Positions 51,701 to 62,162 of a stretch of 64,000 nucleotides of DNA are shown one piece after another; position 1 is the stretch's first letter; each line of letters starts with the position of its first letter. Source of the DNA: Podarcis pityusensis (Eukaryota); NCBI GenBank assembly GCA_964106645.2, contig OZ067039.1; one strand, given 5' to 3'. The notes below the pieces were generated by a model that worked only from the letters and a program-made list of their open reading frames with translations, was not told where the DNA came from and searched no databases. The translations under genes were made by a program, and so were the position numbers.

Positions 51701-54700
51701 TTAAACCAGCCCATAAATAAAGATATCCATGTTCAGTTGATGGATGCACATGTGGCAAGATTTAAAGCTCTGTGGTAATCAGAAGAAAAACATGAAAACA
51801 AATGCACAACTATTTACAGATTAGCAGGCACTCCTCCCAATTCAGTGATTTATAATGGAAAGAGAAGCCCATGTCTTCACCCATACCACACATAATGCTT
51901 CTCATTCATCTATAAAGGCTGATCCATGAATTCCAATTGAAACAAACAAACAAACAAAACCCCCAGACCTGTATATGCATATCTCTGCATAGACAATCTG
52001 TCAAGGTTTGGGAACCTTCACTTCTTGGGCCTAATAAAGCCCAGCACAGATCCCAAATTGGCCCATGGGGTGGTTTCTCACAAACCATCCACACACCTGA
52101 CATCATATGTCATATGGACGTGGATTTAAGGGAGCTCTCAGTTGCCCCTTGGCCAGCTGACTGGGAGCCATGCTGGGATCAGCTACACTAGGGAGCTCCC
52201 CATTGGGCTTTGAATCCAAGCTGCATCATCTGCAGAGGGGAAAATGCTCCATTTATTAATACTGTATTTTTACTTCTACAGAGACATCAAAGTGGTTACC
52301 AATCAGCTGTTCGGTGGTTACAGCAATCTCCTTTGAAGATGCCCTTTCAGCGATAGTCAGCTGATTGGTGCTAGAGGGTGCATTCAGAGTGGCTCACTGT
52401 TGTCAGCATCGCCCTTGAGCCAGTGCCACCAACTGGACTCATCCACTTCAGCCCCAACTGGGCTAGGCGAGCTGGGTAGCACTTCCAGAGACCACCTTCT
52501 GCACAGGAACAGGTCAAAGTGCTGTGGACTCACAGCTTAGAGTTGTGAGCACCGGATTCACTCCAACAAGAAGACAGTCGTCGCACAGCAGAGTACAGCA
52601 GAGTCTAGCAGAGTACATAAACAACTCGGAGAGCAGCTCTGTAGAATATCTTCTTTATTCTATAACTACAACTATACAAACTATATACAGAGCTTAATAG
52701 GTCTAAGCATAAATGAATGCTGCACTGCACTGAGTGTCTGCAGCTGCTCTTAGCAGCAACCTTATCTCTACACACAATCTCTAACACTCAGTCTCTCTCT
52801 CTCTGTCTCTCCGACACTGACTGACTGACTGACTCGGTGCTGGAGCAGAATAAGTAGAGAGCAGAACACGCCTCCTCCTCTCTGGGGAATCAGCAGACTC
52901 CTCAGGAGATTCTTGGATATGGGAGGGGTGAAATCTCCTCAACTGTAACCACCAATCTGTTGATCAGTGACCTCCTTTGAACTGTGACAGGTTTCAACCA
53001 CCTGCAGTCATTATGATGCCATGTGACCAGCAAGTGGGAAGTCCCTTTGCCCTCACTGCCATGGGAAGAAGCCACAGCCAATGTCTGACATCATGATGGC
53101 AGTGAAGTCAAAGAAGGCAGAAGACAGCGATGTCAAAGAACAAGGTGGGGGGGGGGACATTGCCCCAGAGCAGCAGGCAGGGGAACAAAAATGCGCCAAG
53201 CAGCAGAACGTCATCCAAATGTTTGGTGAGGCCAATATTTTGCCTTGTCATTTGTCTGGCTATGGTGAATAGACTAATTTTGAGTTGCATATTGGAATTA
53301 CAGAATGCATGGTGCCCATAATAAAAGATATGATTCACCCATGAATACTACAAAACATACAAAACACAGTGAAGATGGTATAAAGCCAGTGTGGTGTAGT
53401 GGTTAAGAGTGGTAGTCTCGTAATCTGGGGAACTGGGTTCGCGTCTCCGCTCCTCCACATGCAGCTGCTGGGTGACCTTGGGCCAGTCACACTTCTCTGA
53501 AGTCTCTCAGCCCCACTCACCTCACAGTTTGTTGTGGGGGAGGAAGGGAAAGGAGAATGTTAGCTGCTTTGAGACTCCTTCGGGTAGTGATAAAGCGGGA
53601 TATCAAATCCAAACTCTTCTTCTATAAAGAAAGAGTATTCCTCAGGGAAGTGACCCATTCAGTTTGATCCAGGCTTGCTTGACTTTAGTAATTCATCTAA
53701 ATAGACTGTGAACTACAAAGGGTTGATTGAGTTTCACCTGACCCTTGGGGTGCTGCACACAGAGACCACAATAATAAAGGCTGCCTTTGCATGACCTAAG
53801 TATACCATCCAGCTCACAGGTGGAATTCAAGGTACGGCTCAACTGTGTGTTGTTTTCCAATGGATGCAAAGGCCAATTATGTCATATCCTCCATTTAGAT
53901 CACAGTTATTCTATTAAGCTACAGCTGCAACAGACATTCATTTCCTTGCATGCTCTAAATGGATCCAAACTACAAGAAAGAAGATTCCACCTAAACATTA
54001 GGAAGAACTTCCTGACAGTAAGAGCTGTTCGACAGTGGAATTTGCTGCCAAGGAGTGTGGTGAAGTCTCCTTCTTTGGAGGTCTTTAAGCAGAGGCTTGA
54101 CAACCATATGTCAGGAGTGCTCTGATGGTGTTTCCTGCTTGGCAGGGGGCTGGACTCGATGGCCCTTGTGGTCTCTTCCAACTCTATGATTCTATGATTC
54201 TAAATTGCACTACAACTCAAGCGTTGGTTAAGTACCAATGGCCGGCCAGTTTCAGAATGCTTGCTGTACCCATGTCCATTTTCCTTGTGCTTCTGCTGTT
54301 CTAGCCATCAGCTGTGGTAAAATCTCCAAGAATTGTCATTTAAGCATATTTTATCTTCCCATCAGAAGAGTCTGTCTTAGCTACTCCACTCCCGGGAGTA
54401 AATTACTTTTGCTTGCAGATCTCCCAAACAAAAGAACGCTGTCTATTTTCAGTCACAGAAAACAAAAAGCTTAGCACACAGAACAGCAATCAGTTTTGGA
54501 AATCTTGTTTGTTGGCAGCTTATAGGGATATAATTCAACTTCTTTATATTTTATGCTCTCTCTCTCCCCCACCCTGCTTTTTCCTTTGAGTCAGGATTGA
54601 TTTCTCAACTATCCACTAGAGGTCACTATGGTGCCAGTTTAAATAGCAAAGTTAACTTTATTTCCAAACAGTGGATTAGTGAACTGAAATTATAAAATTC

Positions 54701-57700
54701 CTCTGTTTTCAATAGCAGCTGAATGGATTGGTATAAATTATGGCTCAAAAATTCTGGGAAGGGAATGTGCATGGGCCCAAAGATTCACCTTGTATCTATT
54801 TTGTTTTTAAACAAAACAAATTTCTGAATTGCACTATGCTTTTTACACTTCGATCTGCGCTCCAGGTTCCGAGCCATTCTGTATACAAGTGAAGTTCTGC
54901 GTTCTCCATTCATTACAACTGGGAAATATAAAAAATGGGTGCTGTTTGCAAATATGGCCGCCCCTTCTGAGGAAATGAAGCCTGCCCAATTTCAGAATGA
55001 TAGTTGCAGGGGTTCTCCTGCAAGGACAGACGTTACCAGTTTGCAGTGGTTACATGTGAACGGGGTGATGGTGGTGAAAAGAACAAAGGATCCACAGGAA
55101 AAACTGAGGTGGGGGGAAAATGTCATGTACCCCCAGCAATTTCACAAGCATGTAAACGAACAGTCCACAAATTACAAGCGGGATAGCTCAGTTGGTTAGG
55201 GCATGGTGCTGATAATGCTAAGGTTGCAGGTTCAATCCCCATATGCTACAGCTACGTATTCCTATATTGCGGGGGGTTGGATTAGATGAACATCAGGGTC
55301 CCTTCCATCTCTATGATTCTAAGGTTATGTGGCTGCACATTTTGAACACAGCACTCCTGATTGGTTCCTTGCTTGTAAACTATCTCTCTCACACACACCT
55401 TGCACAAACATATCCACCAATGCATAAACATAATAGCACTGAATATACTACCTGGAAGAAGCTTCACAGTTTCCCCAAGCAACACAAAATTGCCCGTTGG
55501 GAGCTCAGAAACTGTGACAGCCATTCAGCACACAAACCTCTCATGTCTCCTCTCAAGATCACGTGCAACCAAGTTCTCTCTCCTCTCTTTCCTTACACGC
55601 ACAGCCACGTAACTGTGCAGAAAGATCTACACCACCCACGTATGCAGGCTCTATTTAATTCAGTGGTACAAATGAGCAGAAGAGCTTCCCAGTGGATTAC
55701 ACTCGGAGTATCATTATATCATGCCTGCCCATTAGGATGCAAATTGCAACTCACCTTTCCGCCAGCCCTCGTTTTGTCAGTCCTGAAATGACAATTGGGT
55801 CAAAAGGCTCCTCGGTCCCTGAAATAGTGATTCCCAGGGGTCCACCGTATCTCTTTAGCTCCACTGTGTAGATGATAGCACCAGTTGTTTCTTGCTCATC
55901 TGTTAAGAGGAAAGGAGGGCTCTGATTATAGAAATCACCCTAAACTAAAGGAACTCCTGAGATTAGTCCTAGATCATCTAGAAGATACAGGCTGATTATA
56001 AACTTCCATTAGACCTACTGCTTGTTCTTTCCAGTTATCAAAAAAACCCAGTAACCGCCAAAGAGGATTGGGAAATGATCATTTATTGCTTAATAGCTAG
56101 TAGCATGTGATTACTAATTTCATTATAATACAGGAAGGAATGAAGTGCATATTTTAATTTTTTTCCTCCCCGCTTCCTACAATTTCCCATGAATTCTAAT
56201 TGTTATTGATACAAAATACCTTTAACTTGTAGTCACTGATCTAAGTAATGCATCAATTCGTATTTGTAATTAATTTTGGTATATATGCTTTGATGCAACT
56301 TTGCTAATTAATATATCCAGAAACAATTATCTGAGTGTTTATTGCCGTTTGGATTTTAATTTTAAGGAATTGCTGCGTGCCACATGCTGTAATTCAAACA
56401 AATATATATCTCAATGCAACCATGTTAAAACAGTTTAAAGATGAAAATGAATAAAAACGATGTCACAAAGAAAAAACAATAAGGGAAGGAAAACAGGTGG
56501 AATCTGAAAGTATTGGACTGTACATAACTGCATTTATTAGCTAGGCAATTTTGTTTCCATTAATATACCTATGTTCCTAATAAGGCCATTTAGATACTGG
56601 TACTCTGTTCAATGCATAAACACTTATTTAATAATGATAAGGAATCTTCAAGGTATGCATCATAGCTGTCAACTTTTCCCTTTTCTTGCGAGGAATCCTA
56701 TTTGGAATAATGGAATTTCCCTTAAAAAATGGAAAACGTTGACAGCTATGGTATGCATCAAACCTCAAAGTATTTCCTAGCAAAGGAGTAAGTAACTTTT
56801 AAGCCTTAGAGTAGGTTTGTAGGCACTTGCTGTGTGCACATGCGCACCAACACATGAATGCACGGGCACATGCACACACTCATTACTTGAATAATGGTTT
56901 TCCAGTTTCTCTGCCAGGCTTTTCTTAAGTATTGGAGTGTTTTATTAAAATGGCTCAGAAACAGCTTGATTCAGTGCTTTCGTACCAGAATTATCCTCAT
57001 CCTTCCTGATCTTCAATTTGACAAGTTCTTCACACTGCTTTAAGATCTGCACCGCATCCTCCATTGAGCAATTGTCGAGTCGGATATTATCAATGGCTAA
57101 CAGCTTGTCTCCGGGCTCTAAGGTGCCAGTCCTGTGAGCAATGGGGGGAAAAACAAGCCTGTGTTTAACACATTCCAAATAGCTGCATACTTAGTTCTTC
57201 TCCAAGAGCTGTTGCAGTACTGTGGGTGATATGGCAACTCTTCTGCAACAGAGAATTTGCCCAGGTTAATGATTAAAAAAAGACAAGATATTTCTGCATA
57301 GAAACAGGTTCAAGTAACTAAAATCCAGCCTGAGAATACACCTCATTATTAGCAATTCCCTCAACTGGTGAAAGTTAGGCAGCCTTTCAACATTTCAGTT
57401 GGGGTACCTTAAATAAGTGAGAAAATAAAAAAACAAGTCACGGGTAAATGTGAAGGAAGCTGGTGTCAAGAAAGTGTTTTGTGAATTACAGTTTTCTCCA
57501 TACATCATGAAAGGACATAGGGAGGTGCTGTTATTGGCTGTCCTCATCTCTCATGGTACGTCATCCAGAGCAGAGGTAGCCAACTTGTTGCCCTACAAAT
57601 GCTTGACCACAACTCTCATCAGCCCTGATCACTGGCTTTGCTGGCTGGGGCTGATGGGAGTTGTAGTCCAACAACATCTGGAAGCCTCCATGTTGGCTAC

Positions 57701-58712
57701 ATCAAAATAATATAGACCAGTTTATACTGTACGTAACTCAGAGAGCAAACTCTTAATGCATGCATGTTCTACTTTTATATAACAAGGCAGTGCTGGCAAC
57801 ACTGCTTGTACTGGAATCAAGTAGGCTTAAGTGAGATTCCAGGAGTCAGTATGCTTATAAAATACTAATTTATTAAAGCCAGCACTGTACTCTAATTAGA
57901 CCTACTTCTATACTGAGGCCAAATGAAATGTCAGGCCATGGCACACCTTGTGAATAACTTCAGCAAGTCTAATTACGCACAGGAGGAGAATATGCAAACA
58001 TCTGTGAACTTCGGAAGACATGGAAAATGTTTGGCGTTACAGTTCATTGGTCTTGATGTTTGGGAAGGAGCCATCGCTTGGAGGAAGAACGCACATACTT
58101 TGCACAATGAACGTCCCAGTTCAACCCCCAACATCTTAAGCTGAACAGATCTCGGGAGGCTGGACTGGGAAAGAGCTTTGCTGTTGCCTTCAGGCCCTGC
58201 TTGCTGGCTTCTTATAGGCATCTGGCTGGCCACTGTATGAACAGGACGTTGGATTGGATAGGGTGATTCAGCAGGGCTTTTCTTATGCTTATTCTTTGTA
58301 TCTCTGACATCTATTTTTCCNNNNNNNNNNNNNNNNNNNNNNNNNNNNNNNNNNNNNNNNNNNNNNNNNNNNNNNNNNNNNNNNNNNNNNNNNNNNNNNN
58401 NNNNNNNNNNNNNNNNNNNNNNNNNNNNNNNNNNNNNNNNNNNNNNNNNNNNNNNNNNNNNNNNNNNNNNNNNNNNNNNNNNNNNNNNNNNNNNNNNNNN
58501 NNNNNNNNNNNNNNNNNNNNAGAGCAGACAATATGGGTACAGGTGGCTTGGAAGTCTGAACCAATATAAGGGTCTTCATATGTCTTAACTGGGTTCAGCT
58601 GATTTAGTGCCTGAGACTTGTAAGTGGAAAATTAGATTCTTCACTTACCTGTGTGCTACACTTCCCTTCTTGATATCAGAGATAATTAAAGGCTCCCCAG
58701 ACTTTCTGCTTG
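35846..58712 (-). CDS. GRIP2: Glutamate receptor-interacting protein 2 (GRIP2/ABP), 3' portion: end of PDZ5, PDZ6, linker, PDZ7; 5' exons outside the window
   Basis: Ten phase-consistent exons encode GRIP PDZ domains with GRIP2-type motifs ([78 protein letters not shown]). The gene is convergent with SLC6A6, as in mammals. Confidence 0.93.
39095..39241 (-). CDS. GRIP2: GRIP2 exon (PDZ7), 147 bp
   Basis: tcag|ATAACT...CTTCAG|gtaata; [49 protein letters not shown]. Confidence 0.94.
40330..40505 (-). mobile_element. Old SINE with tRNA-Ala(TGC)-like head; related diverged copies at about 5960-6120 (-), 14035-14225 (+) and 37515-37680 (-)
   Basis: Reverse strand reads GGCCATAG...GGTAGAGCACATGCTTTG.ATGCAAAAGGTCCCAGG...CTCCAGCATCTCCAGG; boundaries are approximate. 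Confidence 0.6.
40774..41013 (-). CDS. GRIP2: GRIP2 exon (pre-PDZ7 linker), 240 bp
   Basis: atag|GCATCCATC...CACAAG|gtttgt; [17 protein letters not shown]...[14 protein letters not shown]. Confidence 0.92.
42687..42807 (-). CDS. GRIP2: GRIP2 exon (linker), 121 bp (not in ORF track)
   Basis: acag|ATATCCC...ATTGAG|gtaaat; [40 protein letters not shown]. Confidence 0.93.
43678..43810. mobile_element. Short GC-rich hAT-type MITE
   Basis: Ends CAGTGGCGGAG / CTCTGCCAGTG; 8-bp TSD GCTCCACT at 43670-43677 and 43811-43818. Confidence 0.8.
44901..44962. repeat. Compound alternating purine-pyrimidine tract ending in (CA)n
   Basis: TACGCGTGTGTGTGTACGTACGCGCGCATGCACGCGTA(CA)n. Confidence 0.9.
45763..45916 (-). 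CDS. GRIP2: GRIP2 exon (linker), 154 bp; NAGNAG acceptor, alternative start 45919
   Basis: cag tag|GTACATAC...AGCAG|gtatgt; [51 protein letters not shown]. Confidence 0.88.
46325..46501 (-). CDS. GRIP2: GRIP2 exon (linker), 177 bp
   Basis: ccag|GGACTTAC...CAGG|gtgagt; [60 protein letters not shown]. Confidence 0.92.
46603..46944 (+). mobile_element. Near full-length Sauria SINE, about 100 bp from a GRIP2 splice acceptor
   Basis: Highly similar to the 60434 copy; flanked by TAATGG(G/T)TGG. Confidence 0.9.
48211..48525. mobile_element. Young Tc1/mariner (pogo/Tigger-like) MITE
   Basis: 22-bp TIR CAGTGGTGCC(T/C)CGCAAGACGAA, TA target duplication, CpG-rich, internal GCGGCTATTAGCGGCTTA tandem repeat; inserted in an older AT-rich repeat (about 47990-48660). 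Confidence 0.9.
48719..48755 (+). repeat. (CA)n microsatellite
   Basis: Direct reading of the sequence. Confidence 0.95.
50190..51470 (-). mobile_element. Degenerate L2/CR1-clade LINE ORF2 fragment
   Basis: Broken RT-like motifs LDFSVAFDT...LLEWL and [22 protein letters not shown] on the minus strand; boundaries are approximate. Confidence 0.7.
50709..50837. mobile_element. Palindromic 129-bp hAT MITE (CTACAACTCCCATCA family) inserted in an L2 fragment; older relatives at about 709-840 and 57570-57700
   Basis: Nearly the whole element is an inverted repeat; 8-bp TSD CACTAACA at 50701-50708 and 50838-50845. Confidence 0.88.
51509..51648 (-). CDS. GRIP2: GRIP2 exon (PDZ6), 140 bp
   Basis: ttag|GACTGGA...GAAA|gtaagt; [46 protein letters not shown]. 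Confidence 0.94.
53385..53622 (+). mobile_element. tRNA-derived SINE (Squam3-like) with TSD
   Basis: GCCAGTGTGGTGTAGTGGTTAAGAG A-box head, GGTTCGCGTCTCC B box, CORE-like GTGACCTTGGGCCAGTCAC, (TCT)n tail; TATAAAG duplicated at 53379 and 53623. Confidence 0.8.
53961..54200 (+). mobile_element. CR1 LINE 3' end (5'-truncated)
   Basis: ORF2 C-terminus [40 protein letters not shown], then a 3'UTR ending in (CTATGATT)n; TCTAAAT flanks both ends. Confidence 0.92.
55178..55320 (+). mobile_element. Short SINE: tRNA-Ile-like head with CR1-type 3' tail
   Basis: TAGCTCAGTTGGTTAG...GGTGCTGATAA...GGTTCAATCCCC followed by GGGGGTTGGA...CCCTTCCA..CTATGATTCT. Confidence 0.8.
55755..55899 (-). CDS. GRIP2: GRIP2 exon (PDZ6), 145 bp (not in ORF track)
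   Basis: acag|ATGAGCAA...GAAAG|gtgagt; [49 protein letters not shown]. Confidence 0.94.
56986..57131 (-). CDS. GRIP2: GRIP2 exon (PDZ5), 146 bp
   Basis: acag|GACTGGC...TCTG|gtacga; [48 protein letters not shown]. Confidence 0.94.
58321..58520. other. Assembly gap (200 N) in a GRIP2 intron
   Basis: Run of N. The flanking GRIP2 exons join in phase, so no coding exon is required here. Confidence 0.95.
58649..58712 (-). CDS. GRIP2: GRIP2 exon (PDZ5), 64 bp (not in ORF track)
   Basis: acag|CAAGCAGAAAG...CACAG|gtaagt; [21 protein letters not shown]. Confidence 0.92.
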
Positions 58713-60433
58713 CTGTTGTGAGAGAGATACCACAGAGTCAAAACTCAATCTGTACCTCTAGGATAATCTTTAGCATTACACTAACTTCACAAAGTAGGCA
58801 TTATACAAGTCTTTGGAATTCAAAACTGAATGGAAGATTCATGCTGAGAAAGCCTAACACTTGGCCTAAAGTTTATTAAGCATTGGCATTGACAGGCACT
58901 TTAAGAACAACACATTTCTACACACTTATCCCCAAACAGGAGATATCTTTCTGGCCTTTCATGGCGTCATGATGAAGGCAACAATATAAGCCCGTGTGGG
59001 GCAATGGTTAGACTGGAGGACACCCAGGCTTGAATCCCCAATCAGCTGTGGAGAGTAGGAGGGGGGAGAACTACCACAACTTGATTTATCTGATGATCCA
59101 AACAACTGAGTCGTATTCACAGAGACCAATGACCTGGACAAGAGAAGAGTAAGAAGGCATCGATTTCTGTTCAGACCCTTGTTTCGTCTCATGCAGCACT
59201 GTTTCTGCTCCACTGCAGTTTGACTGCCAACAGAAGCTATACAATTCCTCTCATGAATTGTCTGATACAGTAGAATCTTACATAATTCATTACATGGTTA
59301 ATTTATCATCACGTTACTCCACACCATTTATTTAAACACAAATACCATTCATTTCAATGCAAAGGAAATGCAATGCAGCTCGGGGGAGGGGAAGTTATCG
59401 ATTATGCATCATTTGCGGACTGAAAAGAACAAGAGAAGCAAATATTGATCATATTTGCTGGACTGATTTCTGCTCGAGACGTGGGACGAATAAGCAAAAA
59501 GAAGCAATTTCCATTCCCGTCAGAATCCTCCAACATCCCTAACAAAGGGTGAGCGCAGATGGCTCCAGAAAAACTAGGCTTGGGAAGCAAAGAGGTGGCA
59601 AGAACCATTATTAGGAGAGCAATAAAGAAATCCAAGTGACCAAAAGCTGGAGAGGTGGTGAATGGGGGTAAGAGGAAATACTGTGGAACACCCACCACCC
59701 TTCAGCTATCTTTGATGGTGCAACCTTTTCCTTCTCCTGTGGCAGGAGTATCACAGCAGACAGATCCACAAAGATAGCTAAGAGTAAAGGGGGGGGCGGA
59801 GCAGGTGTCCTAGAGATTCCACATACAACAAGATGATGTACCCATAGAGTAGGGACGGGGAACATTTTCCAGTGCAACATTCCCTTGTGAGCAACCTTTC
59901 AGAGGCTGCATGCTAGTTGTGGGGAAGGCCAGAGATAAAAGTGAATGGAGCAACACATGCGACTATTATCTTTGCACAGCAGGCTGCGTTCCAGTCACAC
60001 AAAATCCAGAGGTTCCAACACACATGTCCACCCATTGCGTCCTCCCTCCAGGCAAGCAGCAGGCACTATCGCAGCTCACGGACAGATCCCAAGCAGGCCT
60101 GAGGGCCACATTCAATCCATTGGCCTGAAGTTCCCCCAGCCCTGTCACATAGGACTGTAGAGGGAATCCAAGAGTACGGCTTCTTGCCAGGAAGCATTTC
60201 ACTTCATTATCTTTTTCTCAGCCACATCTGATTGTGGGCAGACCAGGACATCCGATACCTGTTTAAAACTGAGGGCATTTTTACCACAGAAATAGTATAG
60301 AGGGAGATAACAAGAATCAGTTCCAAAGCTGTTCAGATCTTTCTCCTGTTTTTCCCCCTTCCTAGTTGAACAAATTCGCCTCTATTGAATAATATAAAAA
60401 TGCAATTAGTCAGTACCTATGCATAGTCCTAGA

Positions 60434-60773
60434 GGGACGCGGGTGGCGCTGTGGGTTTAAACCACAGAGCCTAGGACTTGCCGATCAGAAGGTCGGCGGT
60501 TCGAATCCCTGCGGCGGGGTGAGCTCCCGTTGCTCGGTCCCAGCTCCTGCCCACCTAGCAGTTTGAAAGCACATCAAAGTGCAAGTAGATAAATAGGTAT
60601 CGCTCCGGTGGGAAGGTAAACGGTGTTTCCGTGCGCTGCTCTGGTTCGCCAGAAGTGGCTTAGTCATGACCCGGAAGCTGTACGCCGGCTCCCTCAGCCA
60701 ATAAAATGAGATGAGAGCCACAACCCTAGAGTCGGCCATGACGGGACCTAATGGTCAGGGGTCCCTTTACCTT
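60434..60773 (+). mobile_element. Full-length Sauria (POM/Squam1-type) SINE with 12-bp TSD
   Basis: GGGACGCGGGTGGCGCTGTGG tRNA-like head with B box GGTTCGAATCC, core GTGCAAGTAGATAAATAGG, ACCTTT tail; TATGCATAGTCC at 60418-60429 and 60774-60785. Confidence 0.9.
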
Positions 60774-62016
60774 TATGCATAGTCCAATCAACCATTATTA
60801 GATCATCTCAGCAATGGTAGAAGTAGGCAGAAAGGTCTAGCACTGCAATTCTCTACACATGTACTCAGAAGCATAGCTGGCCAAGTCCAATGGATCTTAC
60901 TCCCAGCCATTTCCCAGCATTTATTAAGGTTAACTTGTTGAAGGGCTCTTACAGATAGCAGAGGCATAAAATAATCCAACTCTCCATGAATTGGCCTTGT
61001 AATTGCCCCAAACTACACTTCTCTCATCAAAGTTAGATATGCACGCTAGGCCTACATTTATCCTGGTACAACACACATTATTGCTGAATGCAGCAACCCA
61101 CTCACTAATAAGCACAAAAGAAGATACCATCAGAGAAGAAATAATTCAGTCTCTGGAGCTGGTTTGTCAATGGCAAAATTTGAATTACGCTTTTCAAAAC
61201 AGGCTTAATGATATTTAATTTGGATGTAGCAACATAGGTCTAGGAAGCTGCGCTGCATACCGGTAATTAAAAGAATTTCCAGCCCAGAATTCAGCAGAAC
61301 TGGTAACAATTCAATTTGCTTTAAATAGTCACATATAATTAGAACACTTTACAAAAAACAACAACGCTTAATAATATTAAACAAGGCAAACTCTCCTCTT
61401 AAAAGTAATTCAGTATCATACTGATTGTTCTGTGATGCTCCTCCCAATATGCAAATCATACAAACGAATTTAGGGGACTACTGATCAGCAGTCAATTAGT
61501 ATTCAATTAACCCTACTAGATCTTATTAGCCAAATTAAATTCTCATGGGCAAGTGCCACCTCTTCCTGTTCACCACTCAGGTTTTCTTTCAGCTGGCCTT
61601 TTAATCCAATGCTGAAATTAGAATGGGTTTGCTTTGTTTTTAATTCATGGAGCCATTATATGCAGCTCAGGCTTGTTATCTGGCAATTCATATTAAAGGC
61701 TTCATGTATATCTCCATTCTATTCTACCAGAACTCCACCATGCCTTCTTGAGTTGTGAATGAAAACGACATTGTCCTTGTTTCCTATGGTGCTATTTACT
61801 AGAGCAGGGGTGGGAAACCATTTTGGCCTGACAGGCAGATCCCACTCCCACAGGTCAATTTTTACAGGTGGGTGGGGCAACCTGCCTGTCAATCACTAGG
61901 TGTTGTTATGACATCAGATGATTGATAGGTGGGTTGTCTCGACCTCTTGTAAAAGTCCCTTGCGCAGTGCTTGAGAACCACAGTGTAAGGGACTTTGCAG
62001 GCTTTCTGCTTGGAAC

Positions 62017-62162
62017 TTGGCATAGCTCTGTCAGTAGAGAATGAGACTCTTAACCTCAAGAGTCATGAGTTTGAGCCCCACATTGGGGGAAAAGATTCCT
62101 GCATTGCAGGGGGTTGGACTAGATTGGCCCTTGTGGTCCCTTCCAACTCTATGGTTCTATGA
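62017..62162 (+). mobile_element. Short SINE: tRNA-Lys(CTT)-like head with CR1-type tail
   Basis: TAGCTC...ATGAGACTCTTAACCTCA...GAGCCCCACATTGGG followed by TTCCTGCATTGCAGGGGGTTGGACTAGA...CCCTTCCAACTCTATG. Confidence 0.8.

Noticed and set aside
55178-55250. tRNA-Ile(GAT) or tRNA-Lys genes (also 62017 and 30309)
   Set aside because: Stems are degenerate and each is fused to a CR1-type tail, so these are SINE heads rather than functional tRNAs.
35846-58712. Calling the minus-strand gene GRIP1
   Set aside because: Although the linker and C-terminus are GRIP1-like, the PDZ residues (EPGDKL, GLTKRGL, FGEALED, VSDGLL, CCLAVPL) and adjacency to SLC6A6 favour GRIP2.
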